Positions 29,644 to 39,411 of a DNA stretch of 64,000 nucleotides are shown piece by piece. The number at the start of each line of letters is the position of its first letter. Position 1 is the first letter of the stretch. Below the pieces are notes generated by a model. The model was not told the origin of the DNA. It searched no databases and saw only the letters and a list, made by a program, of their open reading frames with translations. The translations under genes were made by a program, and so were the position numbers. This DNA comes from Cyanobacteria bacterium P01_A01_bin.123 (GTDB lineage: Bacteria; Cyanobacteriota; Cyanobacteriia; Phormidesmidales; Phormidesmidaceae). The stretch is from the NCBI GenBank assembly GCA_039815185.1, contig JBCBZT010000004.1, positions 1 through 64,000 on the forward strand, given 5' to 3'.

Positions 29644-30732
29644 CTAATCATCATCTTGATCAGTGTTATACGTGTCGCCAATTTTCAAATTTTGAGCATT
29701 GCCAATGCTAATACTGTACTTTCCTTGCTGATTAACATTCTGGACAACATTGTCATTCCCAAAAATATTGCCATCCCCTGTGTTAATCGTTGCACCCTGG
29801 GCATTTTGAGCTGCAACTGCGCGATCGCCCGTTTGAGTCACTGAATTATCAATAGTAATCTGAACTTGGGATTGGGATTGCGCTTTGACTTCCCCCCAAC
29901 CCCCTTTAGGCAGTCCCTTACCGCCTTGTAACAACGCGATCGCGAATCGTTCTGTATCCGCCATTTCAAATCGGGGATTTTGCTCATGCCCCATCGCCGC
30001 CGCACTCTCAGGCACCGCTTTCCCCAAGTGATTCGCCAGATCAAACACCGTAACTTCAGTAGCACCCGATTGACTCGAAGCCCCCTGCAACGCCTCAATC
30101 AAATGGTGGGTGTAAATGCTCAAGGTCTTGTCATCCCGCACCCAAGAACTTTGCTTCCCCCGGCAAGAGGTAAACACCACGCGCCCCTCACCCTGGCTCA
30201 ACGCCTCAATCAACCCCTTCGGATCCGCTGTGGGAATTACCCCCTTGGGTCGTCGCGGTTCTACGATTTCCCCTTTAGCCGACGCCATTCCCGCCGCATG
30301 GCAACAATCTAAAATCACCAGCAGTCGTTTAGCCGAAATTTGGCGTAGAGCTTCGTTAAAAGCATCGGCTGATAAAGCCGTATCACGCCAGTCATAGGCA
30401 TCAAAATCATGGGGAATCAGGTAGTAGCGATCGCTGTCCGGCTCCAACCACCCATGCCCCGAGTAGTAAACAATTGCAGTAGCCTGCGGATCAGACTTGA
30501 CCTGAGTCCTCAACCAAGTCAATCCCTCCAAAATCCCTTGCTGGGTTGCCTCTTGATCGTGGAGCAAACGCAAATGCTGGTCATTATCCGGATAGGCGCA
30601 AAGGTCAGAATTAACCAAAATTTGTCGTAGCGCCCGCATATCGCTAACGGTGACAGGCAGCGAAAAATTGCTTTCGACACACTGTCCAACACCAATTAAG
30701 AGGGCATATCCATGGGCAAACGTTTGAGTCAT
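29644..30732 (-). CDS. Caspase-like (peptidase C14) protease with Q/N/G-rich C-terminal tail
   Basis: YALLIGV; YYSGHG (His); ILDCCHA (Cys). Confidence 0.9.
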   Translation of the reverse strand: MTQTFAHGYALLIGVGQCVESNFSLPVTVSDMRALRQILVNSDLCAYPDNDQHLRLLHDQEATQQGILEGLTWLRTQVKSDPQATAIVYYSGHGWLEPDSDRYYLIPHDFDAYDWRDTALSADAFNEALRQISAKRLLVILDCCHAAGMASAKGEIVEPRRPKGVIPTADPKGLIEALSQGEGRVVFTSCRGKQSSWVRDDKTLSIYTHHLIEALQGASSQSGATEVTVFDLANHLGKAVPESAAAMGHEQNPRFEMADTERFAIALLQGGKGLPKGGWGEVKAQSQSQVQITIDNSVTQTGDRAVAAQNAQGATINTGDGNIFGNDNVVQNVNQQGKYSISIGNAQNLKIGDTYNTDQDDD

Positions 30733-30910
30733 GGCTGAATTTGGATAGCGGTATTCACTGAGTCCAAGATAACCGCTCTAAATCCGCCTGTCCCTGAGAT
30801 AAAGGATTGTTACTCCCACCACCGATCGCTAATGTGCACTGCCTGAATGGCGTCAACCTTAAACGCCTGCCTGCTCCACTAAGCGACTCCTGTATTAGGA
30901 TTGATCGGGT

Positions 30911-32746
30911 ATGAGATATTTTCGACACGGCTTGTCTCAATCCGTTGCCCAGCTTTGGCGATCGCTGGAGATTTATCGCTACGGTCGGCGGGCCATATCC
31001 CTAGTTTGGTCAACAGACTGGCGACTGACGCTAATCTTGGCTGGGCTGACGATTGTGGGGGGCTTATTGCCGGGGGCGATCGCGTATGTCGGCAAACTGA
31101 TCGTGGATAGCGTAGTGCTGGCGTCACAGTCGGGTAATGCCAGCGATCGCATGACGGCCTTTACCTACCTGGGTGTAGAAGCTATTTTGGTTGCCGTGCT
31201 GGCAGGTAGCCGTCAAGGACTACGGCTAAACCAGTCTTTGCTCAGGGTGTTGCTGGGGCAAGCGGTGAACGTATTGATTCTAAAAAAAGCCCTAACCCTC
31301 AGCCTCAGCCACTTTGAAGACTCTGAGTTTTACGACAAAATGATGCGCGCCCGACGAGAAGCATCCAGTCGTCCGCTCAGCATGGTGAATCGCACTTTTG
31401 GCCTAGTTCAGGATGGGTTAGCCCTGATCACCTATGGCGGGTTGTTGCTGCAATTTTCGGGTTGGGCGGTGTTAATTCTGATGGGGGCCGCGATTCCAGT
31501 CTTTGTGGCAGAGACCAAATTTGCCGGAGCCGCGTTTCGCTTGTTTAAGCGGCGATCGCCAGAGACGCGCGAACAAACCTATTTAGAAGTGCTGCTGGGG
31601 CGAGAAGACTACGTCAAAGAGGTGAAGCTGTTTCAGCTTGGCCCCATGTTGCTGCAACGCTATCAAGGCATTTTTCAACGGCTTTATGGCGAAGATCGAG
31701 ACCTCACTATTCGTCGTAACGTCTGGAGCTATGGCCTCAGTCTAATCAGTACGGTTGCTTTCTATGGGGCCTATGGTTGGATTATTTTGGACGCGATCGC
31801 AGGCCGGATCTCGCTCGGTGACTTGACCATGTACCTAAGCGTATTTCGCCAAGGGCAAGCCACCTTTGCCTCAGCCCTACAATCTATTGGCGGCATGTAC
31901 GAAGACGGACTTTATCTCTCCAACCTCTACGAATTTTTAGAACAACCCGTCTCTCCGTCTATCGGCTATGCCCGATCTGGCAACGACCCCAACGATGGCC
32001 TGCGATTTGAAAACGTTTCTTTCACCTATCCCGGCAGCACCAAAGCGTCCCTAAGCCATGTTTCTTTCCACCTCAAACCTGGGAAAAAGCTAGCCATCGT
32101 CGGTGAAAACGGCTCTGGCAAAACCACCCTGATTAAATTGCTGACCCGATTGTATCAACCCACCCACGGACGCATCCTCCTCGACGGACGCGATCTGAAC
32201 ATTTGGGATACGGACGTGCTGCGCCAACGCATTGGCGTCATTTTTCAAGACTTTACCCGCTACCAGTTCAAGGTGGGTGAAAACATTGGTGTCGGCGATG
32301 TGGGGGCTTTTGATGCCCGCGATCGCTGGCAAAGTGCTGCCCAAAAAGGCACCGCCATGCCTTTGGTTGAATCCCTCCCAGACGGATTTGAAACCCAACT
32401 CGGACGCTGGTTTCGAGACGGCCAAGAACTCTCCGGCGGTCAATGGCAAAAAATCGCCCTCTCACGCGCCTTCATGCGCACGGATGCCGACATTCTGGTA
32501 CTCGATGAACCCACCGCCGCGATGGATGCCGAAGCCGAAGTCAAACTGTTTGACCACTTTCGCACCGTCACCCAACACCAAATGGCCATCCTCATTTCCC
32601 ACCGCTTTTCCACCGTCCGCATGGCCGACCAAATCATCGTCCTCTCCGGTGGCACGTTAATTGAACAAGGAACTCACGACGAACTGCTCAACCAAAATGG
32701 CCGCTATGCCAGATTGTTTAAACTGCAAGCCGCTGGCTATCAATAG
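30911..32746 (+). CDS. ABC exporter, fused permease/ATP-binding
   Basis: TM domain; GENGSGKT; LSGGQWQ; LDEPT. Confidence 0.93.
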   Translation: MRYFRHGLSQSVAQLWRSLEIYRYGRRAISLVWSTDWRLTLILAGLTIVGGLLPGAIAYVGKLIVDSVVLASQSGNASDRMTAFTYLGVEAILVAVLAGSRQGLRLNQSLLRVLLGQAVNVLILKKALTLSLSHFEDSEFYDKMMRARREASSRPLSMVNRTFGLVQDGLALITYGGLLLQFSGWAVLILMGAAIPVFVAETKFAGAAFRLFKRRSPETREQTYLEVLLGREDYVKEVKLFQLGPMLLQRYQGIFQRLYGEDRDLTIRRNVWSYGLSLISTVAFYGAYGWIILDAIAGRISLGDLTMYLSVFRQGQATFASALQSIGGMYEDGLYLSNLYEFLEQPVSPSIGYARSGNDPNDGLRFENVSFTYPGSTKASLSHVSFHLKPGKKLAIVGENGSGKTTLIKLLTRLYQPTHGRILLDGRDLNIWDTDVLRQRIGVIFQDFTRYQFKVGENIGVGDVGAFDARDRWQSAAQKGTAMPLVESLPDGFETQLGRWFRDGQELSGGQWQKIALSRAFMRTDADILVLDEPTAAMDAEAEVKLFDHFRTVTQHQMAILISHRFSTVRMADQIIVLSGGTLIEQGTHDELLNQNGRYARLFKLQAAGYQ

Positions 32747-32820
32747 GCAGAAAATTTAGGGAATCTATCGACAAAGGTTTGAAGCGTACCCCATAGTCCC
32801 ACCTTTTTTAAGGTATGGCG

Positions 32821-32918
32821 GTAGCCGCAAAGCTTTGTGCGCTACCGCGAGCCAGATTGCTCGTTGACTCAGCATCCTGGCGATACTCGGTGCATTAAGC
32901 AATCTGTCCAGCACTATA
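32821..32918 (+). repeat. ~100-bp dispersed hairpin repeat, copy C
   Basis: GTAGCCGCAAAGCTTTGTG...GCCAGATTGCT...AGCAATCTGTCCAGCACTATA. Confidence 0.8.
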
Positions 32919-32935
32919 TTAACGGTACGCAAAAT

Positions 32936-33403
32936 ATGAAAGTGACAATACTTACACTCGGAATGTTGATGTTCGCGACATCAGCCCCAGCTACGACGTG
33001 TCCAATCGCTCAAAGTGTGTACCGTGATGTTGAGGGCCAAGGATTTGAGCTAGTCTTTAGTGAATCAACCAACACCGTATCAAAAGCCACTGCCACCATT
33101 ACTCATCCAGATCAGGCTCAACTGCATCGTTTCGATGTGACTCAAGCCAGTGGTTATGGCTCCATTTTCCTCAGCAGCATCGACGCTGCGGGAGAGCCTT
33201 TAGGTAACGGTGATAGTTTAGAAATCTACTTTTTTGACGAAGATTTTGGGGATGCTACGCCAACTTTCTTAGGAGACGAAACAGAATCTCCTGAGTATAC
33301 GTTTATCGCAGGTCTAGGCAGCCATGACTATTACAGCCGCAGAGGTTCGGTCACGCCGCCTTTGCTAGGAGATATCATGTGGATTCATGATCGCTGCCAA
33401 TAG
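32936..33403 (+). CDS. Secreted hypothetical protein
   Basis: Signal peptide MKVTILTLGMLMFATSAPA; Cys near both ends. Confidence 0.7.
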   Translation: MKVTILTLGMLMFATSAPATTCPIAQSVYRDVEGQGFELVFSESTNTVSKATATITHPDQAQLHRFDVTQASGYGSIFLSSIDAAGEPLGNGDSLEIYFFDEDFGDATPTFLGDETESPEYTFIAGLGSHDYYSRRGSVTPPLLGDIMWIHDRCQ

Positions 33404-33507
33404 GGATCTTAGTGTCGCAGTCACCTCAAAGCTTTATATCCAACTACGAGCCAGATGGCTTGTAGACTTGGCTTGTAGACTAAGGATCTATTTAAAAGAA
33501 TCAACCG

Positions 33508-34065
33508 ATGAGTTTAATATCATCAGTCTTTATTGCCACTAGTTTAGACGGCTTCATTGCCAGAGCAGGCGGAGAACTGGACTGGTTAGATGCTGCAAAT
33601 GCCACTGTCCCAGAAGGTGAAGATTGTGGCTATCGCGCCTTTATGGCATCTATTGACGCCTTGATTATGGGCAGAAAAACCTACGAGAAGGTATTGTCAT
33701 TTGGCGAATGGCCATACGGTAATAAACCTGTCATTGTTTTAAGCCGCAACAAACTCGCAATTCCTGACGCATTAACCCCAACTGTTTCGCATTCCTCAGA
33801 ATCCCCAAGGGCGTTATCCAATCGCTTGTCAAAGGAAGGGGCTAAACGGCTGTATATTGATGGCGGCATCACCATACAGCGATTCTTATCCGAAGGACTG
33901 ATTAACGACATCACGATTACAGTCATTCCTATTCTCTTAGGCAGCGGAATTTCTTTGTTTGGTAGTTTTAAAGGAGAGATTCCACTGAGGCATATTGCAA
34001 CTAAAACCTATGAATTTGGTTTTGTGCAGCTGACCTATGAGCTAATAGAAAAGACGCTGGCGTAA
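33508..34065 (+). CDS. Dihydrofolate reductase-like (RibD C-terminal) protein
   Basis: IATSLDGFIA; MGRKTYE; YIDGG; PILLGSG. Confidence 0.9.
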   Translation: MSLISSVFIATSLDGFIARAGGELDWLDAANATVPEGEDCGYRAFMASIDALIMGRKTYEKVLSFGEWPYGNKPVIVLSRNKLAIPDALTPTVSHSSESPRALSNRLSKEGAKRLYIDGGITIQRFLSEGLINDITITVIPILLGSGISLFGSFKGEIPLRHIATKTYEFGFVQLTYELIEKTLA

Positions 34066-34085
34066 TCAATGATCACGAAAAGATA

Positions 34086-34718
34086 ATGCGGATATTAATC
34101 ACAGGGTTTGAACCCAATGATGATCGCCTCAATGCGTCAGAACTGGTTGTAAGATCTTTGCGAGATCATCCGCCTCAATCGCTTAAGTCGTTCATGCACT
34201 GCATTGACTTCAAAATTATGCCCGGAAATACCAATATCCTAGGACGGGTTGTTGACGAAATGCTCAAAGCTGTTGTACCCGATATTTGTATCGGCATCGG
34301 TCAAGCACGGGGCTATAACCGGATAGCGCTTGAACGGATGGCAAAAAACTTACGGCACTTTGTCACATTGGACAGAGCCGGGAATGCTCCTAAAGGTGAA
34401 CCCGTTGTTCCAGGAGCCGCTGTCGCTTATTGGAGTTCTTTGCCAGAACAGAATGACTTAGTTTCATGCCTAAAGAGCCACAACATTCCCGCTAGAATTT
34501 CAAACGATTGTGGCACTCATCTATGTAACCAAATCTTTTATCACTTTCTACACTGGAAGCACCGTCACCAGTCGGATATGAAGGTCGGTTTTGTTCATAT
34601 CCCGATTCTTCCAGAGCAAGTTATTAAGGATTGGCCAGAGTCGCCTTTCATGCCCATGGAAATGACGTGTCAAGCTCTATCACTAATTATCAATCGGCAA
34701 ATGCAGTTGAAACCCTAA
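34086..34718 (+). CDS. pcp: Pyroglutamyl-peptidase I
   Basis: ILITGFEP; LERMA.N (Glu); GTHLCN (Cys); GFVHIP (His). Confidence 0.85.
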   Translation: MRILITGFEPNDDRLNASELVVRSLRDHPPQSLKSFMHCIDFKIMPGNTNILGRVVDEMLKAVVPDICIGIGQARGYNRIALERMAKNLRHFVTLDRAGNAPKGEPVVPGAAVAYWSSLPEQNDLVSCLKSHNIPARISNDCGTHLCNQIFYHFLHWKHRHQSDMKVGFVHIPILPEQVIKDWPESPFMPMEMTCQALSLIINRQMQLKP

Positions 34719-34719
34719 C

Positions 34720-34892
34720 CCACTTGGGTAACGCCGCACCGTCCCTGCATCGCCTGGGTCAACATCAGCGGTAAAGACGTTTTGCCCCCCCTGCATACCT
34801 GAAGGCGAGTGGGAATAGCCCTTGACCTTTTCTTCAAGCGTATGGGGGGCGTTGTCGGTGGCGATGCATTCGATTACGCCATCGGGCAAGGC
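34720..34892 (-). pseudogene. Dihydroorotase fragment, frameshifted
   Basis: DGVIECIATDNAPHTLEEK...SPSGM, then LPLMLTQAMQGRC in another frame. Confidence 0.65.
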
Positions 34893-35101
34893 TATGATCA
34901 AAGAACGGGCAGTCTATCAATCTGTCGAGTAGAATAGCGTTCAGTATAGAGATGTCCTAGTCTTGCATCTGATGTGTGATGGCTAGAGACGCTGAGTGTC
35001 CCCAACTGGCTAAATTAGGGATCGATTGTCTATGATCGGTTAGCCAGTACATCTCCCTAAATATCTATTGGACTACATTTATCGGATTTAGGTTATTACT
35101 C

Positions 35102-35707
35102 GTGCCTGACAACTTCGACCCCTCTTCCCGCTCCGACGCTGATTCACCTAAGCCACCTAGCCCGAACAAACCGCCAAAATCTGGGCCTAATCCATGGGTA
35201 GAGGCTGTTCAGACTTTGGGATTAAGTCTGGTTTTAGCCTTTGGGATTCGTAGTTGTGTGGCCGAGGCTCGCTACATTCCATCAGGCTCGATGCTGCCCA
35301 CGTTGCAGATCAATGATCGCTTGGTGATTGAAAAAATTAGCTATCACTTCAACCCCCCTGTCCGAGGGGACATCGTTGTCTTTTGGCCCCCGGCTAATGC
35401 CCTCCCTGAAGATGAGCGCAAAGACGCCTTTATCAAACGGGTGATTGGCTTGCCAGGCGAAGAAGTTGAGGTCACCGATGGCCAAGTCATTGTCGATGGT
35501 ACTGCTCTAGAAGAGGGCTATATTCAAGCCCCGCCAGATTACACCTGGGGGCCAGAAACAGTGCCTAGTGGAGAATACCTCGTACTGGGCGACAACCGTA
35601 ACAGCAGCTATGACAGCCATGCTTGGGGGTTTGTCCCCAAGGAAAATATTATTGGTCGGGCTGTCGTTAGGTTTTGGCCGCCCAATCGGCTGGGGGGCTT
35701 AGACTAA
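35102..35707 (+). CDS. lepB: Signal peptidase I
   Basis: IPSGSMLPTL; FIKRVIGLPG; GDNRNSSYDS. Confidence 0.95.
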   Translation: MPDNFDPSSRSDADSPKPPSPNKPPKSGPNPWVEAVQTLGLSLVLAFGIRSCVAEARYIPSGSMLPTLQINDRLVIEKISYHFNPPVRGDIVVFWPPANALPEDERKDAFIKRVIGLPGEEVEVTDGQVIVDGTALEEGYIQAPPDYTWGPETVPSGEYLVLGDNRNSSYDSHAWGFVPKENIIGRAVVRFWPPNRLGGLD

Positions 35708-35931
35708 TCAGGCGTATTCTGGAGCTCTGGTTTTTCTTCAGATAAGATAGCGCCCTCAACGGGACACACCTGGAGGCAAATGCCGCAGTCAATGCAGGTG
35801 GCAAAGTCAATCCAATACCAGTCAGTTCCTTTGGGATTCTTCCCGGGGCCTTCGTGGATACAGGCCACAGGACAGGCATCGACACAATCGGCGACGCCTT
35901 CACAAACATTGGTCACAATTGTATGGGGCAC
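35704..35931 (-). CDS. 4Fe-4S dicluster ferredoxin
   Basis: CEGVADCVDACP; CIDCGICLQVCP. Confidence 0.92.
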   Translation of the reverse strand: MPHTIVTNVCEGVADCVDACPVACIHEGPGKNPKGTDWYWIDFATCIDCGICLQVCPVEGAILSEEKPELQNTPD

Positions 35932-35942
35932 AGTTTTTTTCT

Positions 35943-36884
35943 CTAGAGTAAGACTTCGGTGCCAGGGATATCCCCAAATATCTTTTTAGAATAGTCTAAA
36001 AGTTGTTGATTCTGAAAGATTTTTCTGTAGTCAGGGTGATCTACGAACTGTTTCCAGCGATCGTTGACTGCCATCTTACGACCGACACCATCCATATTCT
36101 GGCCATCAAAAGAACTACCCCCCCCTAAATGCGCAACTCGATCCATGCCAGCATCTGTAAATTCGTTGCCGATCTGATCTGCAAGCGCTTTACGGTACTC
36201 TAGATCGGTAAACCAATGGTTGTAATTGAGGCAGATCTTGTTGTGCTTTAAATAGTTAGTTTCGTTCAAAAACTCTCTTGCATACTGAATCCAAAGTTCA
36301 ACCGCTGTGGACTTACCTGATTTAACGTCTATCATTCCACTTTTCAGACGGCTGGCAAATAAGTTGAATGGATCACGCATGATAATAATGTCGAAGCGCT
36401 GATTGCTCTTACCCAGGTAGACATCATGCATCCGTTCAAACAGCGGATCTGTAATACTTGTCAGAGCATGATCTTCATAGCCAAGCATTAAGCAATCTAA
36501 CTCAACAAAATTCCCTCGTGCCAGAGGCATATAGTGTTTTATTGCCCAGTTGGTATGTTCGGGATAAAAGTCGAGTATGCGATGGTACTTATGACGATAA
36601 GGATTACACCGAACTTCTAAATTATTTAACTGCTCAACGCTACCGTTTTCTTGAGCTTTAATCCATTCGGCGATCGCATGATTTCCTGACCGTCTTAAAC
36701 CCAAAATTCTCAACTCTTTTTGGTTGATAACGGAAGACCAAGAACTCTGTTTTGCAATGACTCTATAAGTATCCTCTGCTGAATATTCAAGTAACCTTTT
36801 GGCTTTGCGAAATATTCGCTTTGGCTTGTTTGTAGCTTTATTAGCCAGTAACTTTATATTCATAGAATCAACCCAAAATTTCAA
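35943..36884 (-). CDS. Sulfotransferase-like protein
   Basis: GLRRSGNH (5'-PSB-like); IIMRDPFNLFASR (3'-PB-like). Confidence 0.65.
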   Translation of the reverse strand: MKFWVDSMNIKLLANKATNKPKRIFRKAKRLLEYSAEDTYRVIAKQSSWSSVINQKELRILGLRRSGNHAIAEWIKAQENGSVEQLNNLEVRCNPYRHKYHRILDFYPEHTNWAIKHYMPLARGNFVELDCLMLGYEDHALTSITDPLFERMHDVYLGKSNQRFDIIIMRDPFNLFASRLKSGMIDVKSGKSTAVELWIQYAREFLNETNYLKHNKICLNYNHWFTDLEYRKALADQIGNEFTDAGMDRVAHLGGGSSFDGQNMDGVGRKMAVNDRWKQFVDHPDYRKIFQNQQLLDYSKKIFGDIPGTEVLL

Positions 36885-36983
36885 CCTTGACCATAACCAG
36901 ATCTATAGTTTTCCCGGTAGAAGGGCGTAGGGCGCTGCATCTCTGATCAAGTTTTCAACTCGACTGTAGCTTATTTCATCAAA

Positions 36984-38219
36984 TCAAGTCAGCACTTCAA
37001 TCTCAGGCAACCCTCCAGCAGGTATCCAGGCGACACGCTGAATTTGCCGTTGTTGCGCGATCGCTCGAATCTGATCTGGATTAGTCTGTTTGCTGAGATC
37101 TACCTCAACCCGTACCAGGTTTTCTGACGCTCGAATGGTTTGGGCATAGGCAAAGGCGGCCGCCACCGCCTCGGGTGTGGTCGGCACCACTAACCAGTCC
37201 GTTGGCGGAATTTGATGGGGCAGTTGTCCTGTGGGGATTAAGACTTGGTGGAGGGCTTCAATATTGAGCATAAAGCCAATGCCAGCGAAGCCTTGTCCCT
37301 GCGGATCGAACACGCTGAGCAAATTATTGTACCGGCCCCCTTGGCCGATGACTTGGCAACCCTGGGGTGTTTCGCTCACCACTTCAAACACAATACCCGT
37401 GTAGTAATCGAAGGGCTTAATCAGGCTCAAATCTAAAATCAGTGAGGGAATGGGAACCTGGCCCTGACTTTGGGTTACCGATTGGAGTAACTCCACCAAG
37501 GCCTTAAGCGCTTCGACGGTTTGACGTTCTGACGGCGTTAACGCAAGTTGAGAGACGCGCTGGAGGACATCAGCGGGTTTGCCGCGCAAATCCATCAGGA
37601 TTAATGCCCGTGTTCTCAGCTCGTCAGTTAATGGCAGCGTTTCTAAACTAACGCGATCAAGGGAGGCGATCGCTTGCCGCACTGCTTCTCTAAGCTTGTC
37701 TGGAAAAGGAGAAAGCAGCGATCGCGTCAGGCCTGCATCCCCCAATACCCCGTGCCATTGCCCCAGCTTGAGACTGTTGATACAATTCGCCAGCAGCAAC
37801 AGCACCTCAGCATCGGCATTCATGCCATCAGCACCTAGCAGTTCTACCCCCGCTTGGTAGTATTCTTGCTGGCCGCCATGGCTACCTTTATCGGCTCGCT
37901 GAAATACATTGGCGCTGTAGCATAACCGTTGAGGGTAAGTGACATCAGCTAGGCGCGTCGCTGCTGCTCGGGCAATGGATGCCGTCAACTCAGGGCGCAA
38001 CCCCAAGCGTTCTGAACCACTGCTTTGGAGCTCAATCACTTCAGACTGCTCAATCGCTCCCCCCGCCATCAACGTTTCGAGGTTTTCAACCGTAGACGTG
38101 ATGATCCGGTGATATCCCCAGCGCTGGAAAATTTGCTCCACTCGCTCCTCGATCCAATATTTTTGGGCAACATCTAGGGGCAGTAGATCCCGCGCACCCG
38201 AAGGGGATTGATAAACCAT
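36984..38219 (-). CDS. hisZ: ATP phosphoribosyltransferase regulatory subunit
   Basis: GARDLLP; LRPELTASIAR; YYTGIVF; GGRY. Confidence 0.93.
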   Translation of the reverse strand: MVYQSPSGARDLLPLDVAQKYWIEERVEQIFQRWGYHRIITSTVENLETLMAGGAIEQSEVIELQSSGSERLGLRPELTASIARAAATRLADVTYPQRLCYSANVFQRADKGSHGGQQEYYQAGVELLGADGMNADAEVLLLLANCINSLKLGQWHGVLGDAGLTRSLLSPFPDKLREAVRQAIASLDRVSLETLPLTDELRTRALILMDLRGKPADVLQRVSQLALTPSERQTVEALKALVELLQSVTQSQGQVPIPSLILDLSLIKPFDYYTGIVFEVVSETPQGCQVIGQGGRYNNLLSVFDPQGQGFAGIGFMLNIEALHQVLIPTGQLPHQIPPTDWLVVPTTPEAVAAAFAYAQTIRASENLVRVEVDLSKQTNPDQIRAIAQQRQIQRVAWIPAGGLPEIEVLT

Positions 38220-39160
38220 TATTTTTTTCCGCCGAACAAACCAAAAAGACCACCTTTTGATTTTCCAGCTTTTTTGTCCCCTGTGCGCTTCGAACTGTTG
38301 CTAGCCGGTGCCGATTTACCTAAAGCCGCCAGCTTTAACTTGGCCTCTTGGGCCACAGGGCCACCTTCAGCACTGAGGTCAAGCACTTTACTGAGATGAA
38401 TTTTTGCTAACTTAGGCTGGCCAGATTTGATGTAGACGTTGGCCAGTTGGTTGTGTAGAGCAGCACTTTTAGGGTGACTTTGCAGGGCTTCTCGAAGTTC
38501 AAGAATTGCGCGGGTATAGTCCTTCCTATCTTCAAATTCTTTGGCTCGATTGAGATAGCTGCCAATGATATTCGATCGATGCTGCCGGGGGTGGGTCGGA
38601 GCTGTTGACGCGGATGACTGGTCTGATGTTGTTGCTTCGGTTGTCGATGTTGCCGTTTCTGGGGCAGGTGCAGCGGCAGGGGTTGCCAAGCCACCCTTGC
38701 GAATCAGATAGGCTAAGTTGAGTTCGCTAATTTGTCCGGTGATGTCGGGGAGTTGATCAAGGCTGTCATACTGTTGACCCGCGAGGTCATTCAGCTTATT
38801 CCTATAGGTCTGATCAACGTTGTTGGTTCCCACCAGTTCTTTAGCAGCCTTCGAGGTCCAGGTAATCGAACCACTTTGCTCAGTCATTTGCTGCCCTTTT
38901 AATCGCAAGACAACACTGTATTCAGAGGCTGACTTGTCTTGACTGAGCTGCTCGTAAGCTGGATTGACCAACTTAGACAAAATATCACTAGCCTGCTTGC
39001 GTTCTACTTCCCCGGCACTGGCGAAGCTGTCAGGATGGAGTTTCCGGGCAATCTTTAAGTAGCGTTTCCGGATTTGTTTAGAATCTGCATCAATGGAAAT
39101 GCCCAGTACCGCATGGTGGTCAGTGAAATCTTGGTTAAACAGGCCTTGTTCAATCTTCAT
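38219..39160 (-). CDS. J-domain protein with C-terminal TPR
   Basis: IRKRYLKIARKLHPD. Confidence 0.9.
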   Translation of the reverse strand: MKIEQGLFNQDFTDHHAVLGISIDADSKQIRKRYLKIARKLHPDSFASAGEVERKQASDILSKLVNPAYEQLSQDKSASEYSVVLRLKGQQMTEQSGSITWTSKAAKELVGTNNVDQTYRNKLNDLAGQQYDSLDQLPDITGQISELNLAYLIRKGGLATPAAAPAPETATSTTEATTSDQSSASTAPTHPRQHRSNIIGSYLNRAKEFEDRKDYTRAILELREALQSHPKSAALHNQLANVYIKSGQPKLAKIHLSKVLDLSAEGGPVAQEAKLKLAALGKSAPASNSSKRTGDKKAGKSKGGLFGLFGGKK

Positions 39161-39411
39161 AGGAAATGGCAGCGTAAGTCCCCGGACTGGTTTTAAGTTT
39201 CCCGCAGGGGGGATGGGCTTATCTCAGTGTATCCACTGATATGAAAATTGCACGCTTGGGGATCCCCGAACCGCAAGACTTTACGAAAAAAACAAATTTA
39301 TAGGGGTTGGGGGTGCTGAAAACACTGCCCCTGCAATGCAATGAGTTGCTCATTAGATTCAGATTAGTCGATTGTGGCGTTCAAAACTGCTAAGGCTGAA
39401 ACCTTACGCCA

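Noticed and set aside
33456..33481. TGGCTTGTAGACT x2 (also GTTTAGACATCAAA x2 at 59817-59845)
   Set aside because: Two-copy local duplications, best explained by slippage.
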